NCBI GenBank assembly: GCA_964057225.1
Contig: OZ059894.1
Span: 6,758,001 to 6,822,000 of the forward strand
DNA length: 64,000 nt
Reading direction: 5' to 3'
From: Auanema rhodensis
Lineage: Eukaryota > Animalia > Nematoda
Shown here piece after piece: positions 14,680-28,400 of the stretch. A program made the position numbers and the translations under genes. Numbering within the stretch: position 1 is the first letter of the stretch; the number at the start of each line of letters is the position of its first letter. The notes under the pieces are model-generated. The model had not been told where the DNA came from. It searched no databases and saw only the letters and a list, made by a program, of their open reading frames with translations.

Positions 14680-15509
14680 TTACAAGTCCTTGATCTTGAC
14701 AGCGTGAGTCTCCTCAGTACCGTCAACTTTCTCGGTTGTGGTAACCTCGTACAACTGAAAGTGAAATTGTATAATGACTAGTATAAGAATATGAATGAGA
14801 TTTCATTTGTTTTTGTTTCAATAAATCTCTATCAATACACGTTTCATAATGCTATTTTAAGATGAAACAAAAAAAGCTTGATAATGTTGTGTTTCTTTAA
14901 ACTTGAAACTAAACATGATCAGTTTGACCCTGAACAGACTTCATCGAAATACTACGAGAACTAATAAATCGTGATCGAACAGATAATTGAGAAAAGTGCA
15001 AAATATTCAATCAATCTGGATGTGTACTTCAAGTTTTACATTTGTTTTTGAATTGAATTATTAAACTTACAGCTTGAGCTCCAGTTTGGTAGAGTGGGCA
15101 CATGGATTCACAGATGTCGTCAAGGGTGTTTCCTTCCTGGAAAAAGAAAGTTTTTTAAACAGTCAGCTGTTATAGTTCATACGTCAGTGCTGCACCAGGA
15201 TTCTTGGAAGATAACCTGGAGGACAGTTACTTTCAATGATCCAGTATCAGAGACAGAGAAGGAAGATACCTAAAAGTTTGGTTTAATTTTTAAAAAATTA
15301 AAAGTTTAACCTCTTTTGGAACATAGAATTTCCCTTGACGTCCAGCATTAATTTCTCCAGCAGCAGCGTGCCAAGCAAGGCCCTAGGATAGAGTTTAATA
15401 TTTTTTTATGAAACGGAATAGAATATACGAGGTTAGAATCGTCTTGCTCTCCTGGAACTGGAGCAGCGTAAGCAGCAGCAACAAGGGCGAGAACAAATAC
15501 GGCTTGCAT
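14680..15509 (-). CDS. Small secreted divergent cystatin-fold protein (~126 aa), 5 exons; paralog of the adjacent gene's C-terminal domain
   Basis: Exons 15509-15429, 15382-15311, 15269-15183, 15136-15071, 14754-14680, all phase 0: MQAVFVLALVAAAYAAPVPGEQDDSNL/GLAWHAAAGEINAGRQGKFYVPKE/VSSFSVSDTGSLKVTVLQVIFQESWCSTD/EGNTLDDICESMCPLYQTGAQA/LYEVTTTEKVDGTEETHAVKIKDL*. TTTCAG acceptor 2 nt upstream of the ATG. Gene model strong; fold assignment is inference. Confidence 0.82.
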
Positions 15510-15693
15510 TCCTGAAATGAAAGAGCTATTTCGAAAATATTTTCATTCCAATAATATGAAATTTCAGAATAAAACAAAGAAAACGATACAAATGAATAAA
15601 GTTTCATTTATTTCTTCATTAGTTCATGAGTAAAGGTTGGAGACAACATCTACGATGGCGACTTCAGATGCATCATCTCCGTGAAACTGTCAG

Positions 15694-15703
15694 CCTTATA
15701 TAC
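15694..15703 (-). promoter_or_regulatory. TATA box of the small cystatin-like gene
   Basis: GTATATAAGG on the - strand, ~180 nt upstream of the putative trans-splice acceptor at 15512; matches GTATAWAAG. Confidence 0.6.
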
Positions 15704-17164
15704 CATTCAGATAATTAGGCACATTTCGGCATTAGGTTATCGGAAAGGTACAACACCGTCAGAAAAATAAAACTTGGCTCAGTCAAACCGGTCGACATCA
15801 TTGTTCATCCACCCATCAGAAGTGATACGAAGACGGCGTCATATTGTCGGACGTTAAACGGACTTCTAAATAGGACAAAAAAAAACTTTGCCGAGATGAC
15901 GTTCCAATGAAATAGGGAAGAAATACACGCCTGAAGATAATTAATAATTTGACAGTTCAACAGTAACCTGTAAAATAATTATATTCTGTATATTTAGCTT
16001 TGATGACCAGATTGGAATGATCAAAATCTAATCATTGATGTTTCAAATGAAACATGATTCTATGGAAAAACATAAGAAGCATTTATTATTCAACGATCAC
16101 TGATTATTATTTTTATGGAAGATTGTTGGAAAATTATAAAATTTTGAGCTTAAACTATCATTTTTGATTGTGAAACTTGCAAAACTTTCTCGATTTTTTG
16201 CGATTCTAAGCTGTGCAAAACATTGATACTGTGTTTCAAACTATTTAACTTTCACATTTCATAAACATCAAATTATGAGAATACGTTGTCTTGTATCAGT
16301 TTTTACAAGATATCGTAAAAACTTGAGTTACTAATGTTTTCGTTCTCTCGAAGTTGCACTCATCGGTCATTGTTGTAAAAGGACGGCAAGACGATGATTT
16401 AATGGGATAGGTTTGACCAAATTAAGATACATCTGGCGCCACTAGATCAGTAGACTTGTTCTCGATAAATGAATTTTTCATTACAATGACTATGAATAAG
16501 AAAAATGTTTCCTATAACTTTTGTAGAAAAAAATATAATTTTTAAATTATCTCACATGATTTTCATGATACCCATCTCGATATTTGTAGTTTATCGGCAA
16601 AATGTAAGCGATTTCCATATTATAATAAAAAAACTTATATCAATAGTAAATGATCTTGATGTAAAAGATGAAATGCCAAAACCTGAAAGACATGTGGCAT
16701 CAAAAACTCTGCCGAACGATAAACTGATATTGAAGGCAAATTTGATTATAGTTTTTTAACTTTCAGTTCAAGGAAACATCAATTTTTGATATGAGTCTGA
16801 TAATTGTTCTTCCGGGTTAACCACCCATTAACAACATCTCTTCTAAACCTGTTCAGAGAGTCTAAAAATGTTTTCTCAAATTAAAACAGAGCTTTAAGAC
16901 GTTTCAGACAAAAGTAGTTCCTCATTTTATAAAAAAAAAAGAAAAATAATGTTTTTTTTTGCCTGAAAAATCAGTTTAATATTGAAAATTAAATGATTTA
17001 AATTTGATTCATGGTTTAAGAACTACAGAAATATATAAATAGCTGAAGAATCGAAGAAACGGTATAGGATCAGCATGAAGCTGTGAAAATGAAGAAAGCA
17101 ACCGTTCATTCTGTCTACAAATAATGAAAATAAAGTGTGTTACGTGTAATATTCGAATAAAGTA

Positions 17165-17213
17165 GTTTACGTGAAAGGGTTTACGTGAAAGGGTTTACGT
17201 GAAATTTCACGTG
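17165..17213. repeat. 3x tandem 14-bp GTTTACGTGAAAGG ending in an inverted TTTCACGTG
   Basis: gtttacgtgaaagg gtttacgtgaaagg gtttacgtgaaa tttcacgtg read directly. Confidence 0.85.
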
Positions 17214-19489
17214 TTTGCTTTCTTATTTTCAGCTACATTAATTGCTAGTATATTTGTATTTTTTCACATATTATACGATATACATATGTTTGAAAAATTA
17301 TTATTATTGAGTTCGCACGTACATACGTGCCATCAATTCAAACTCATTTTTTCGATTATTCAAATAAGAAGATCGTTTTTAAATGCCTGCGGCAATAATT
17401 TCAGATTTTTTTGTTACAAATCATTTTATTTATTCCAATGCTATACCATATAATCCCGAACGCCTTGGCATAATTTACATATTATTTGACCTTAATCATG
17501 CAGTTGAATATAGTTTGAAATATATTTATATATATGAAGTATTTATTATATAAAAACTAAAAAATATAATTACTTATATGTTATAGAATAAAGAGTAAAC
17601 AATTTGTTTCAATAAAGTACACAGGGATAGTGATATCATTCAGTAATAAAGTCTATAATAACAGGATATATGGGATAATATGACAGTTTCAAAGTTGTAT
17701 CTCTAATGACGCCAATATAAATACATGTATTCATTTATATATGTATTTATGAACTACATATGTATGTATGTATTAATTATATTAATATAATATATGAAGT
17801 TAATATAATCAAAATCAGCTTGACCAGTTTGAACTATATGCATTTTTTCTTTCAGTTAATCACATAATTTACTTGACATGCGTATACATATATACATAAT
17901 ATTTGAAAATTATTATATTATATCAATTTATATATCCAATACCTTGCGCTGATTATGACCCTTGACTCTACTTGAATTTTGACGATTATTTCCGGATTTT
18001 TGACGAAAAATCAGATGGGGAGGTATGCGACCGATAACTTATGTAAATCAGCTGAGGTATGAAGTAAAATGAATAAAAAGCGAATTGTTACATCATTTCA
18101 CCATTTTTGTCTGTTGAAAAATGAAAAACTAGTCATTGTGCTGCTATTCATTCATATTGCTTAGTAACATGAATATACTTTGACTCATGACTCAGCCAAT
18201 TTGCTTGAATTTTCTTGAAGTTTTTCTCAAATAATTTAAAATCTCTTTTTAGTGTATTGATACTTTTTTTTCTCTATTATTCTTTTGTATACAATAGTTG
18301 TTTCTTCTATTTGTATTATCAAATTTTAAAATCGAAAATCTTGTAATAAATGTATTTTTGAGGAATCATCACATATTATACTGCGAGTTTTATAGATTTC
18401 TTCTGAAAATATGCATTTTAAAAATTTTGAATCATCAGCTTGAAATATTAGTTTTTTCTAAATCTTTTTCTCATTTTTGAAATTCTCAAATAAAAAAAGA
18501 ACATGACAATTGCAATCACATTCGATATAAATAAATCTGTTTCTTCTCAGACGCTACAATGATATTTGTAATTTGTGTGTGAAAAAAGTAAAACAAACAG
18601 TTATTTTAATGGAATATATGTATATAAACTAATTCAATAAAAATCATTAAAATGATATAAGAGCTCCTCTCTTATCGTTACATTTCAAATATAATGATAG
18701 TCATCATCACCAGATTTGCAAAAAAAAAGAAGAGAAAAAGAGAGTGAGAGAGCGCCAACTGGAAGTTTCTACAACAACAAATTGTTCTCAACGTCATTTT
18801 TTAAATTTCTTTTCTATTTTTTGAAAGAAGAATTATTTTTTTTTATTCTAAAAATTTGAAATGCTAAGAAAAGTTCAAATGTTAGCTTGAGTGGTGAGAC
18901 AAAATTTTTTATGGTTACACACATACATACTGTTGACGTTTCATTCAAAAGCAACAGCTGATAATAGAACTTTTGTATAGCATGATGTGATTGTTTGATT
19001 GGATGTATGACGTTGATGCTTCAAATGGTGCAATAAGTACTGTATCTATGTGAGCTAAATTGCACATAAAAGGAAGCTGAACCACAGAGGCAAGCAGCAC
19101 TAACTCGTTGTTAGTTAGATCAAAAACTGTTCGTGGCAATGTGGTTAGAACTCAGTTTAATCTTCTTCTCTCCTTTTTTTTGTCTCGTTTTTCATTTTTT
19201 GTTCCTCAACCTTCGACAATGATAAACCTACCAATTTTTACAGTCTAAATAGGTTTGGATCATAAGCTGTATTAAGTCTGAATCAAAAAGTGATGAGTGA
19301 TTTACGGTAGTTAAACCAACCATCCAACCCCATATCTGTCAAACATTTTCAAATCCTTCCAGTTCATTCTGAAATATTTTGTTTTCCATTCGTCTCGTCT
19401 ACTATTTTCAAATATCTAACTAAAATACCAAATTTAAACTTTATTACTGTTCTATTTATTGATTTATAATTATAATAATTATAATTTAG

Positions 19490-22460
19490 ATGAGGGTAAT
19501 TCTCTTACTGTTAGCAGCAATTTATATTTCCTCTGCACAAGTAGAGGAGTTCTTTTTGAATAGAGCAGATAAAGCTTCCAAAGATATTGCTCGCAGACGC
19601 CAAGAATTCTTACAAGTAAAACTCTTTTTCTTCAGAATTTCTCTATTTTCAAAAATATTTGAATCAACTCTTATCATCAAGAACATATGCCTTTTCAGTC
19701 GTTTGGAAGACCAGATGTGCAACATGTGCAGGAGAAACTTGGCAAACTTCGCAAACGTTGGGACAGAAGATTGAATGAAAATCATCAGAATGTTAAGAAA
19801 GAGCTTGCTCAGCGAATGAAGGTATGCATGATAAAGCTTAATTAACTGCTTTTTTTCTTTATAAATTATGGTTTTTTTGAGATATATGTCATCTTTGACG
19901 TATATTACACATAATCATGTACATATATGTACATGAAAATGTTATAACCGGCAAAATATTAATGTTGATTACTAGATATCTTTTTTAATGTATAGGAGAT
20001 TAACATCAAAATATCTAAAAACTTTTGTAATAACCACTGATTACAGAGCTATCATATGAAACAACGTCAACAAGTTCGAGCAACTGGAGATACTTTAGCA
20101 GAAATTAATCAGAAAGCTAATGTGACCGATTTTATGTATCAAGGTGATATCATCCTAACATCGTGAGTTTATGTTAGAACTCAACAGGAGAAGCTTATAC
20201 AGTGTATTGAACTTTGAATTTGTGTGACCCTCCCCGAAATCGGTGTACCTTCTATACTTGTTTCGCATGATAGATACACTCATAGGTTCATGACTCAGAT
20301 TCTATTTTCAACAAACTTGATTTGAAAATAAACCATATTGAATATTTAATTTGAAGAGAGCAAGCCGATCAACTGATTGCTGAATCATCATCTCTTGCAA
20401 ACAGTGAACGTCAGAGGCGTCAAGCTTACAGGGACATGTAGGATTATTACTGGATTAGCCACACACTCATTCAGTACATTTTAGATTCTATCCTAAGACT
20501 ATTTGGGGAGCAACAGTATACTATTATTTGGATAATACAATTAGTTAATTAACTAGTTAATTATATAAATATATTTTTATTATATTTAGCTCCAAATGTT
20601 AAAGCTGTTTTTGAAAAAGCTGTTGAATACTGGAGAAGTAATACATGCATAAATTTCGAAGAAAGTGCTGTTGGTATGTTATACTTTGAAGGAAATGCTT
20701 GTATTGTTCCTGATATAAATTCATTTCAGCTGCAAATAGAATTAAAGTTTTCAAAGGACAAGGATGTTATTCCTATATTGGAATGATTCGTGGTGTTCAA
20801 GAATTATCATTAGGAGATGGATGTGATTCAGTAGGAAATAAATTCAATTCATATGGTATATGTGACATTTAAGATTGGTACAGCAGCTCATGAGCTTGGT
20901 CATGCTCTTGGATTCTTCCATACGCAATCACGTAGCGATCGAGACGAAGCAATTACGATTAATATTCAAAATATTGTTGTAAGTATTAAGAGAAAATCAA
21001 CCGGTTCTCGCATCGTTCGCACAAGAAATGGTTTTGAGAAGACGCGTCATTTTCACGTGATGGTAATTCACGTGAATTTGATGATGTCCCGTTTCTTATG
21101 ATTGATTTATACAGAAAAAAAATGAAAAAAAGAAAGAAAGAATGAATCAGAATATAAATTAATTTCAGCCATCATATGTAGATCAATTTGACAAAGAATC
21201 ATCAAGTACTAACTATAATTACGGAATGCCATATGATTATGGAAGTGTTATGCAATATGGAGGCTTAAGGTTTGTTTCCAACATTTCATTAAAACTTGAA
21301 CTTTAAAAAAAATTATGTTTTTCTTATATTATAACTTAAGTGCATCTATGAATAACCGACCAACTATGATTGCAAAAGATATTGATTATCAAGATACTAT
21401 GGGATCTGATATGGTTTCCTTCTATGATGTTTCTATGATGAATGAGCATTATAGTTGCAAAGGTATTATATTTATTTCATAAATAATAACAATAATACTG
21501 ATTATATGTCTTTGTATTATATGATTATAGCAAAATGTGCTGCTAATACATCAGCAAAATGTGAGAATGGTGGTTATCCAAATCCTCGTAATTGCGCTGT
21601 ATGCAACTGCCCCTCGGGATATGGTGGCATTCTGTGCAATACCAGAGTATGTACCTAAAACTTAAAAAAATCTTCTTCATACCTATAGTTATAATAATTT
21701 ATTTTAGCCTGATGGTTGTGGTGTTACTGTTACAGCTACAAATGACTGGCAGACATTAGAAAGCACTGTTGGCGACGGTGTTATGAAACTACGTGATGAA
21801 TTCTTGAAATGCAATTACTGGATTCAGGTATATAACTATTAACTAATTATTCCATAACATATAGTACTCTAGGCTCCAGCTAATAAACGAGTTGAGATTC
21901 GTTTGAAGAAATTACAAGGAAGATATGTTGATGGTTGTATTTACGGAGGAATTGAGCTTAAGACTCACAAAGATCAATTGAGAACTGGATATAGGTATAT
22001 AGCCAGACAGCAGACTATAAGTCAAACGTGCAAAATTCAGATTCTGCTCAAATGAAGAAGTTGGAAAAGTTTTAACCTCATCTAGCAACCTTGTACCAGT
22101 TATATCATATAATAGATTGCAACAAACTATTATCAGTATTGAATATCGTATAGGTAAGACTCTCACAACTACTTCTGAATCCTTCAATTGTTTGATTGTA
22201 GCTAATGCAGCAGTGAATCCCATTTCAACCACTCTAGTTCCAACAACATCCGTAACGTGCATGGATAGGAGCACAAAGTTTGTTTTCATCTTATTTCTTT
22301 ACAAGCTCCATTCATTCTCAAATTCTTACAACCTTTCATGCACCTTCACTACCCTCTGTGTTATCAAACTCATTACAGCTGTCTGATACTTCGCTACTTT
22401 GGATATTGTAACATGCGTCACATTCAGAGGCAATGCGGTCGTTCATGTCGTGCATGTTGA
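19490..22460 (+). CDS. Astacin metalloprotease (signal, prodomain, astacin, EGF, CUB, ShK); NAS-31-like architecture
   Basis: Signal [16 protein letters not shown]; prodomain YQGDIILT and RQRR|QA site; zinc motif [19 protein letters not shown]; Met-turn [10 protein letters not shown]; [29 protein letters not shown]; CUB domain; C-terminal six-Cys Sh[34 protein letters not shown]. Exact ortholog not certain. Confidence 0.95.
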
Positions 22461-23592
22461 TGTGCGGAGTATGCTTTGGATATTACTGCTTTGTGCCTTG
22501 AGTAAATGGTAAAGAAAGCTTAGAATCCCCTTAAAATCTGCATGTTTGATCATCTAATAACCCTAATAAACCTTTGTTTTTCCAACATAAAGAAAACTCT
22601 TCCGATCATACACAACCACACAATCACAGATTATGAACCATATGAACACATATTATATCCTAAATATACATAATACACATCTTTTACATTTAGTCAGAAT
22701 CATATGTATCAGAAAAAGTTTTGAAAATTAAAAAAAAAAAACTTTTTTTCCCCTACTTTTAATCATTTTTATAAAATATTAAGCCATTTCCCAATTATTA
22801 TATGATTAACCACGTTTATAATTATAATATTTCTAATACGTGTGATTTTGTTTTATTCAATTTTTTCAATAATATCTGACTACATGTATTTCTGAATATG
22901 AGTTTCTACTTTGCTTCTTCTTCCCACCAACCCCCTCCCCCTCGCCCCTTGTTCTTCATCTTATCCCTAGTACTATGATGTTTCGCGACTTTAAACTCAT
23001 AAAATGTATATATCAGCTTCACTTTATTTGTTATTTACTATTATATATTGTTTTTATTTTTGTTTGTAAAATTATATAAATTATGGTTTAGGTTTTATAA
23101 TGTTATATTATGCTTAACTATATCATATAAAAGTTCTTTTTATAGAAGTAAATTACATTTTATTGCAATTTAGACACATCTTAACAATAAGCGATTTAAA
23201 AATGAATTTGAGACACAATTCAATGTATATTTATTCTTTTGTTTTCTTTTTTTTTCAAAATTTTAATAAATCATACCGGGTATAGAGTTAAAAGATTGAA
23301 GCAGAATACCCGCCAAATAAAGATTGTATGCTCATATAAGAATTGAATTGCTTCCAAATTATAAATGAAAAACTTGAATATATATTGCTGAAGCAAAACA
23401 AAAAAAAAACAAATTTGAAACATTTGGATTGCAAAATATTCTTTTGAGATATACGCAAAGACATATAAGTAGTTAAAGCACAAAGTTTGTTTTAATTATT
23501 AAACTATAATGTATTGTTTGATTTGTTATAACCGATTAAAGTACATATGCATATACATACATGTAAAAGCTTGTATCGGCTTTCAAGCTGAT

Positions 23593-25494
23593 TTACACAA
23601 ATTCCACTCGACTGTTGCTGTTCGTTGGTGAATCATTATCCACATTCAATAGCGTTTTCTGTGGATTGAAGTTTTCCAGCAGTGTCATACGTCTACTCAT
23701 CTTCTTAAACGTCCAGAGTTGAGCTGAAAAAAAAATTGTTCAATTTTCAGCGATTTTCATTACACAAGAGATTTTCGATGGTTTTTCATAATAAATATAA
23801 CAAAAATATAATTAGTTTCTATCCGGTTTATAGAAACTAAACTTCATATCATTACATCCATTTAATTGATCTGATTTCATATATTGGATACTATATTGAA
23901 CATGTTTAATGGTCATTTTTATGAATTTAAAACTAAAACCAATCGAAATAAATGAAGAACTTACAGAAGAATTGATACATTTCTTTTCTGAGCATTGGTT
24001 GACAAACTGCATAAATTGGTAAACGAAGACATGATGCCATCATAGTCAAAAGAGAAATCCAATCGACTGATAGGACATAAAGCCAAATCCATCTAGAATA
24101 TTACAGTTTTTTCAAGTTTTTTTAATTTAAAAGGATATTACGTTGTGCTAAGTGTGTCATAAGATAGATATTCCCATATTGTGATGATAACTTGAAGCAA
24201 ATTACTCATCAGATAAGTACATACAATGATAACAAGAGTTCTTGTAGCTGCACGAATACGCGCCTAAAATAGAAAGCATGAGCATAATCGAGAAGCTAAT
24301 GCTTGATTTCAAAAAAAAAATGAAGTAAAAAGAAACCTTTTTCTGAAGAACACTTTGTTTATCTTGAACAGCTTCAAGTTTAGAACTTCGATTATTACGT
24401 AATCTAGAAGTTATAGTATGTTTTCTAATCATTGACTAAAAATGCAAAACCTGAAGATAAGACGAGCATTGAGATATAATAGGATAAAGAAAGGAGCAAG
24501 AATTGTAAACATTGTTCTAAATATTCATTGTATTTGTATTTAATTTTATAATTAATGTACCTAAAGTAAAAACGAAAGATGATATTGAACCAAGGATGTT
24601 GTTGAACAAGTGTTGATGGTTGTACTTCCCATTCATTAATGGTTCCTATGCAATTTTCGTTTGTCCCAATCTATAAAAGCAAAATCAGATTTTCATCTAA
24701 TAAGCTTCGCAATAAACATTCTCTCAAGTACTTCCTTATTACACAAAACAAGGATGTGAAAACATGAGCTGTAGATTTTAGATATATTGAAGAGATTTAC
24801 CTGAATTTCTTTCAGAATAGTTCCTTTACTTACTATACCACACATCATAGCAACAAAAGCCAAAATTTTTCTATTTCTCTGTAAATTTTCTAACATGAAA
24901 CAGGGAGTATGTTTGTGAAATGCTGTAACCTGTAAATAGCCAACAGCCCAATTATTCACGGTTATGCAGTATCTCTCTACAGCGGCGAATGTAATTAGGT
25001 AAGTTGAAGCAGTCATTGCTATATGAGAAAAAGCCAACATGGGAACCATGTATGTAACCCTAGATTATAAAAAAATATTTGAATATAAGCTTGGATCAAA
25101 CAAACCATATGGATTTTAATGTAATACTAGCTGTCCAATTGAACAAAACGCGAGCTGATAACACGCTGATATATGAAATGCCAATAAAAACATCTGACAT
25201 GGCTAGTAACATTAGATATAAGTTATAGGAATTTCTGAAACAAGTAATGATATAGCAACTTTAAAACTTGATAAGAACATCAACTTACCTATGTTGTTTG
25301 CTAGTCACAAACACAAGAAAGACGAAAGAATTGAAGATGATACTGATTACTGACAGCGAATCACCCAATACCACAGCTAGCCAAAATCGAAGAACAATGA
25401 AATAGTTATCAACTTGGTTGCAAGCTTCTAAATGAGCAACACCAGCAGGCAATGAAGTGCTATTGTCCATGTCTAAGACATCAGTAGAATTCAT
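23593..25494 (-). CDS. Class A 7TM GPCR, nematode FMRFamide-peptide-receptor-like
   Basis: Spliced frame: N-glycosylated N-terminus (NST twice), TM2 LAMSD, TM3 AAVERY, TM5 APFFILLYLNARLI, TM6 AATRTLVIIVCTYLMSN, TM7 CLRLPIYAVCQP; last exon ends SRVEFV* (TAA 23595-23593). Confidence 0.9.
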
Positions 25495-28400
25495 TCTGAA
25501 AAACAGATATAGTATGTGATGAAGCTATATGGCTAGATCTATGATAGAACAAACCTTTCAAGCAAGTTGTCCTAGATTATCCTGGTTATCATGAGCACTG
25601 AAACAAGAATGTTGATAGATGCATACAGACAAAGGAACAAACAAGAAAAGAAAGAAGATAAAACAAATGTTAAAATGAAGACTTAATGAATTTATAAAAG
25701 AAGGCTATACAACTTTATTGATGGGCAACGAACTAAAACCAAATTAGGTAAACGTGCTCAAAGATGAACACAAATCCCATGATTTTAGCCTGTGAGATTT
25801 AAATTTCTATTTTCGTTCAGTTAGGATTTACATTTTTATTTCTTCCATCATTCTATTTTAATTTAAAATTACCACTAAAAATCTGTTTTCCTTTTTTTTT
25901 CTTTGAAAGTAATTATAATTATCGCAGCAAAAGACTGGATGGATACTTAATTCGAACTGTTCCGCTTCAAAAAATCGCTTAGAATAAGAAGAACAAAGAA
26001 AATAAAACAAGAAGTTTCGTAAAAGCTGGTGAGTGCAACGTGTATGAAACAAACAAAAAACACAAAGAACATTGTTTAAAAAAGGAATAAGATAGATAGA
26101 TGTAACGAGTCAACATGCCAGATAAAGAAAAGGTGAGCAGAAAGAAATTTCTCTTATTAAATTTTCAATGTTTACAACAGGCTCCGTCTACAGAAAAATA
26201 GTCTGAAATGAATTGTTAATGATGGCTTTTTACTAAATTTTCCCTATATTATCCTTTCATGTGAAGGTAACTTCCTTCTTAGTCAGCTCCTGAAGTATCA
26301 TCGGTTTCGACTCGTTTCTTTAGTTCGTATGTTGTATGAAAAAGGGGGATGAGGGAGGAAGAGCATGAAAAGATGAAAGCAGTGATTCCAAAGCATTTAA
26401 AGATCCACGAAAGAATTTGAATAAACATAACCATATTCTGTGCTCATCCAAAATTTAATAAAATCATTATTCAACAAAGAGAAAGAGATAAATAGATAGA
26501 CAGAGAAGGGGAAATAGAGGGAAGGGGGATAATGAGAAGGGTGGGCTGAAAGGGGAAAAGAGAGTTCACAAATCAGGTCAGGTGAATCTCAATATAAACA
26601 AGATAGAAAGAATTTTATGCGAAACAATGAGAAAAGGAATCAAAGCTCTTTGAAAATATCAAAATTGGAAACAATATAGAAACTAAAAGTTGGAAGATTT
26701 CACTGCAGAATTGTGATGTGCTAACCATTAAAAGCTTAATATGGAACAAATGATTGTTGAGCTCAGGCTATTTCAACTGAGCTTACAGCTTATTTCTGTT
26801 TTAGTTGACTAAGACGTTTTCAATTTTTTTAAACATGTGATCTAAAAGGATAATCCTAAGGGTGTTAAGACTAGATGAATCCAAATGTCCGTTTACTGAG
26901 CTTTGAATAGAAACTGAATGAACAGAAAACATTTGTTAAATGTGCACAAAGTTGAAATGAAAATTAATAAATCTTACATGATTGATAGGAGAATTTGGAA
27001 TATTATTGAGAATCTACTACGCCAAAAACTTTTGAAGTACATATAGATTACTGATAAACGATTACTTATAGTATATTAGATATATTTAATCTCAATTTGT
27101 TTATAAATAAACAAAAACAAATAGAATTTAGAGAAGACAGATTGACGGCTCACCGTATTTTTTAAATAAAAGAAACTATTAGTCAAATGAGATTACTCAT
27201 AGGCGGACTGACAGAAAGTAAAAGCAAAAAGAGTAAATGAGAAGAGGGGGAGGGAACTTCTCATAATAAGGAACATGTTTGAAGTAGCAAACATTTTAAT
27301 ACAATACAATACAATGCTTTAACATGATCTCTAAGAGCTTAGAATCATATTTAGATAATCTGTAATGAATTGTGTGCAAAATTTCGCTTTGTGTGTCATC
27401 TTCAGAGAAGCTTTATATAGAATAGAAACAAAAAATAAAAAAAGGAAGAGAGAGATACGGGGAAACAGATGTAAAATATGAGAACTTTTATATAAATTGT
27501 TAGTTAAACTGACAAAGTGACAGCTAGTCTATGAAACATTTAAACCTTTAGAATCTATCATCATCAAGCTTCAAGTTTTTTCAGATGAACCAAAAATATT
27601 CAAACAAGATTTCATCTTGACATGGATTAATCACTTTTCTGTAAAAAATGTGCAAAATTTTAGAAAATAACGATTAAAAACCGTTTAACTGACATCAGTA
27701 AATCTTCAGAGATTTGAGCTTCTCATCAAGTTTCAAACATATCTGATTGTCTGATCAAACTAGTTTCAGAGTGGAGCATCAATCATTCAAAGTACTTTTA
27801 GATAAGAGCAATTTAAAGAAAAAAATATAAAAATTAAAAAGTTTCGGTATTGGATTATAAGGTTGAAATTGCCTATTTTGTGGGAAGGGTAGAGTTTTAA
27901 TGAAACCAAAATTTGATTTTAAATGGAAACAATCTGAAAGAAATATGTTTCATCTATAAAGGAACATACTAAGATAAAGCAGTCATGGAATATGAAGAAA
28001 AAGCAAAAAAAATGTTTATTTGTTTTAATGTTTTGTTTATTTTTTTTCATATTGCATTTGATTGCTTAATATGTTTTTATTGAAAAATGTATAAAACTAA
28101 TGAAATTCTGGAACAAAATAAGTTAAAGATGGAAAAAAGTTTTGAAAAAAATCTGTGTAAGATCTCAATAAATTTATTTGATGCTTCCACGTTTTTATAG
28201 AATTTTTCAGAAGCACTAGATGCTCTGAAAGAAAACTGTGACTTATATACTAAGTTATATATGGAAGAAGAGAAAGAAGCCGGGGTGCATATTGTTTTGG
28301 ATGTCCCAAGTTTTCAGAATTTGGATAAAAAATTTCCTGAAAATTGGCTTTTGGTGTAATAAATTGGAAACATGATCAAAATTCAAAAATAATCCTAAAT

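Noticed and set aside
15715-15737. Isolated TTAGGC telomere-like hexamers
   Set aside because: Not arrayed; no evidence of telomere addition or a DNA-elimination breakpoint.
24404-24450. Apparent frameshift or 15-nt intron in the GPCR after TM5
   Set aside because: A normal 47-nt intron (24450-24404, TTCTAG acceptor) restores the frame LIFRLRNNR.
28098-28358. Exon-like segment ALDALKENCDLYTKLYMEEEKEAG... after TTTTCAG
   Set aside because: Joining it to the nearest upstream donor creates a stop; no recognisable family.
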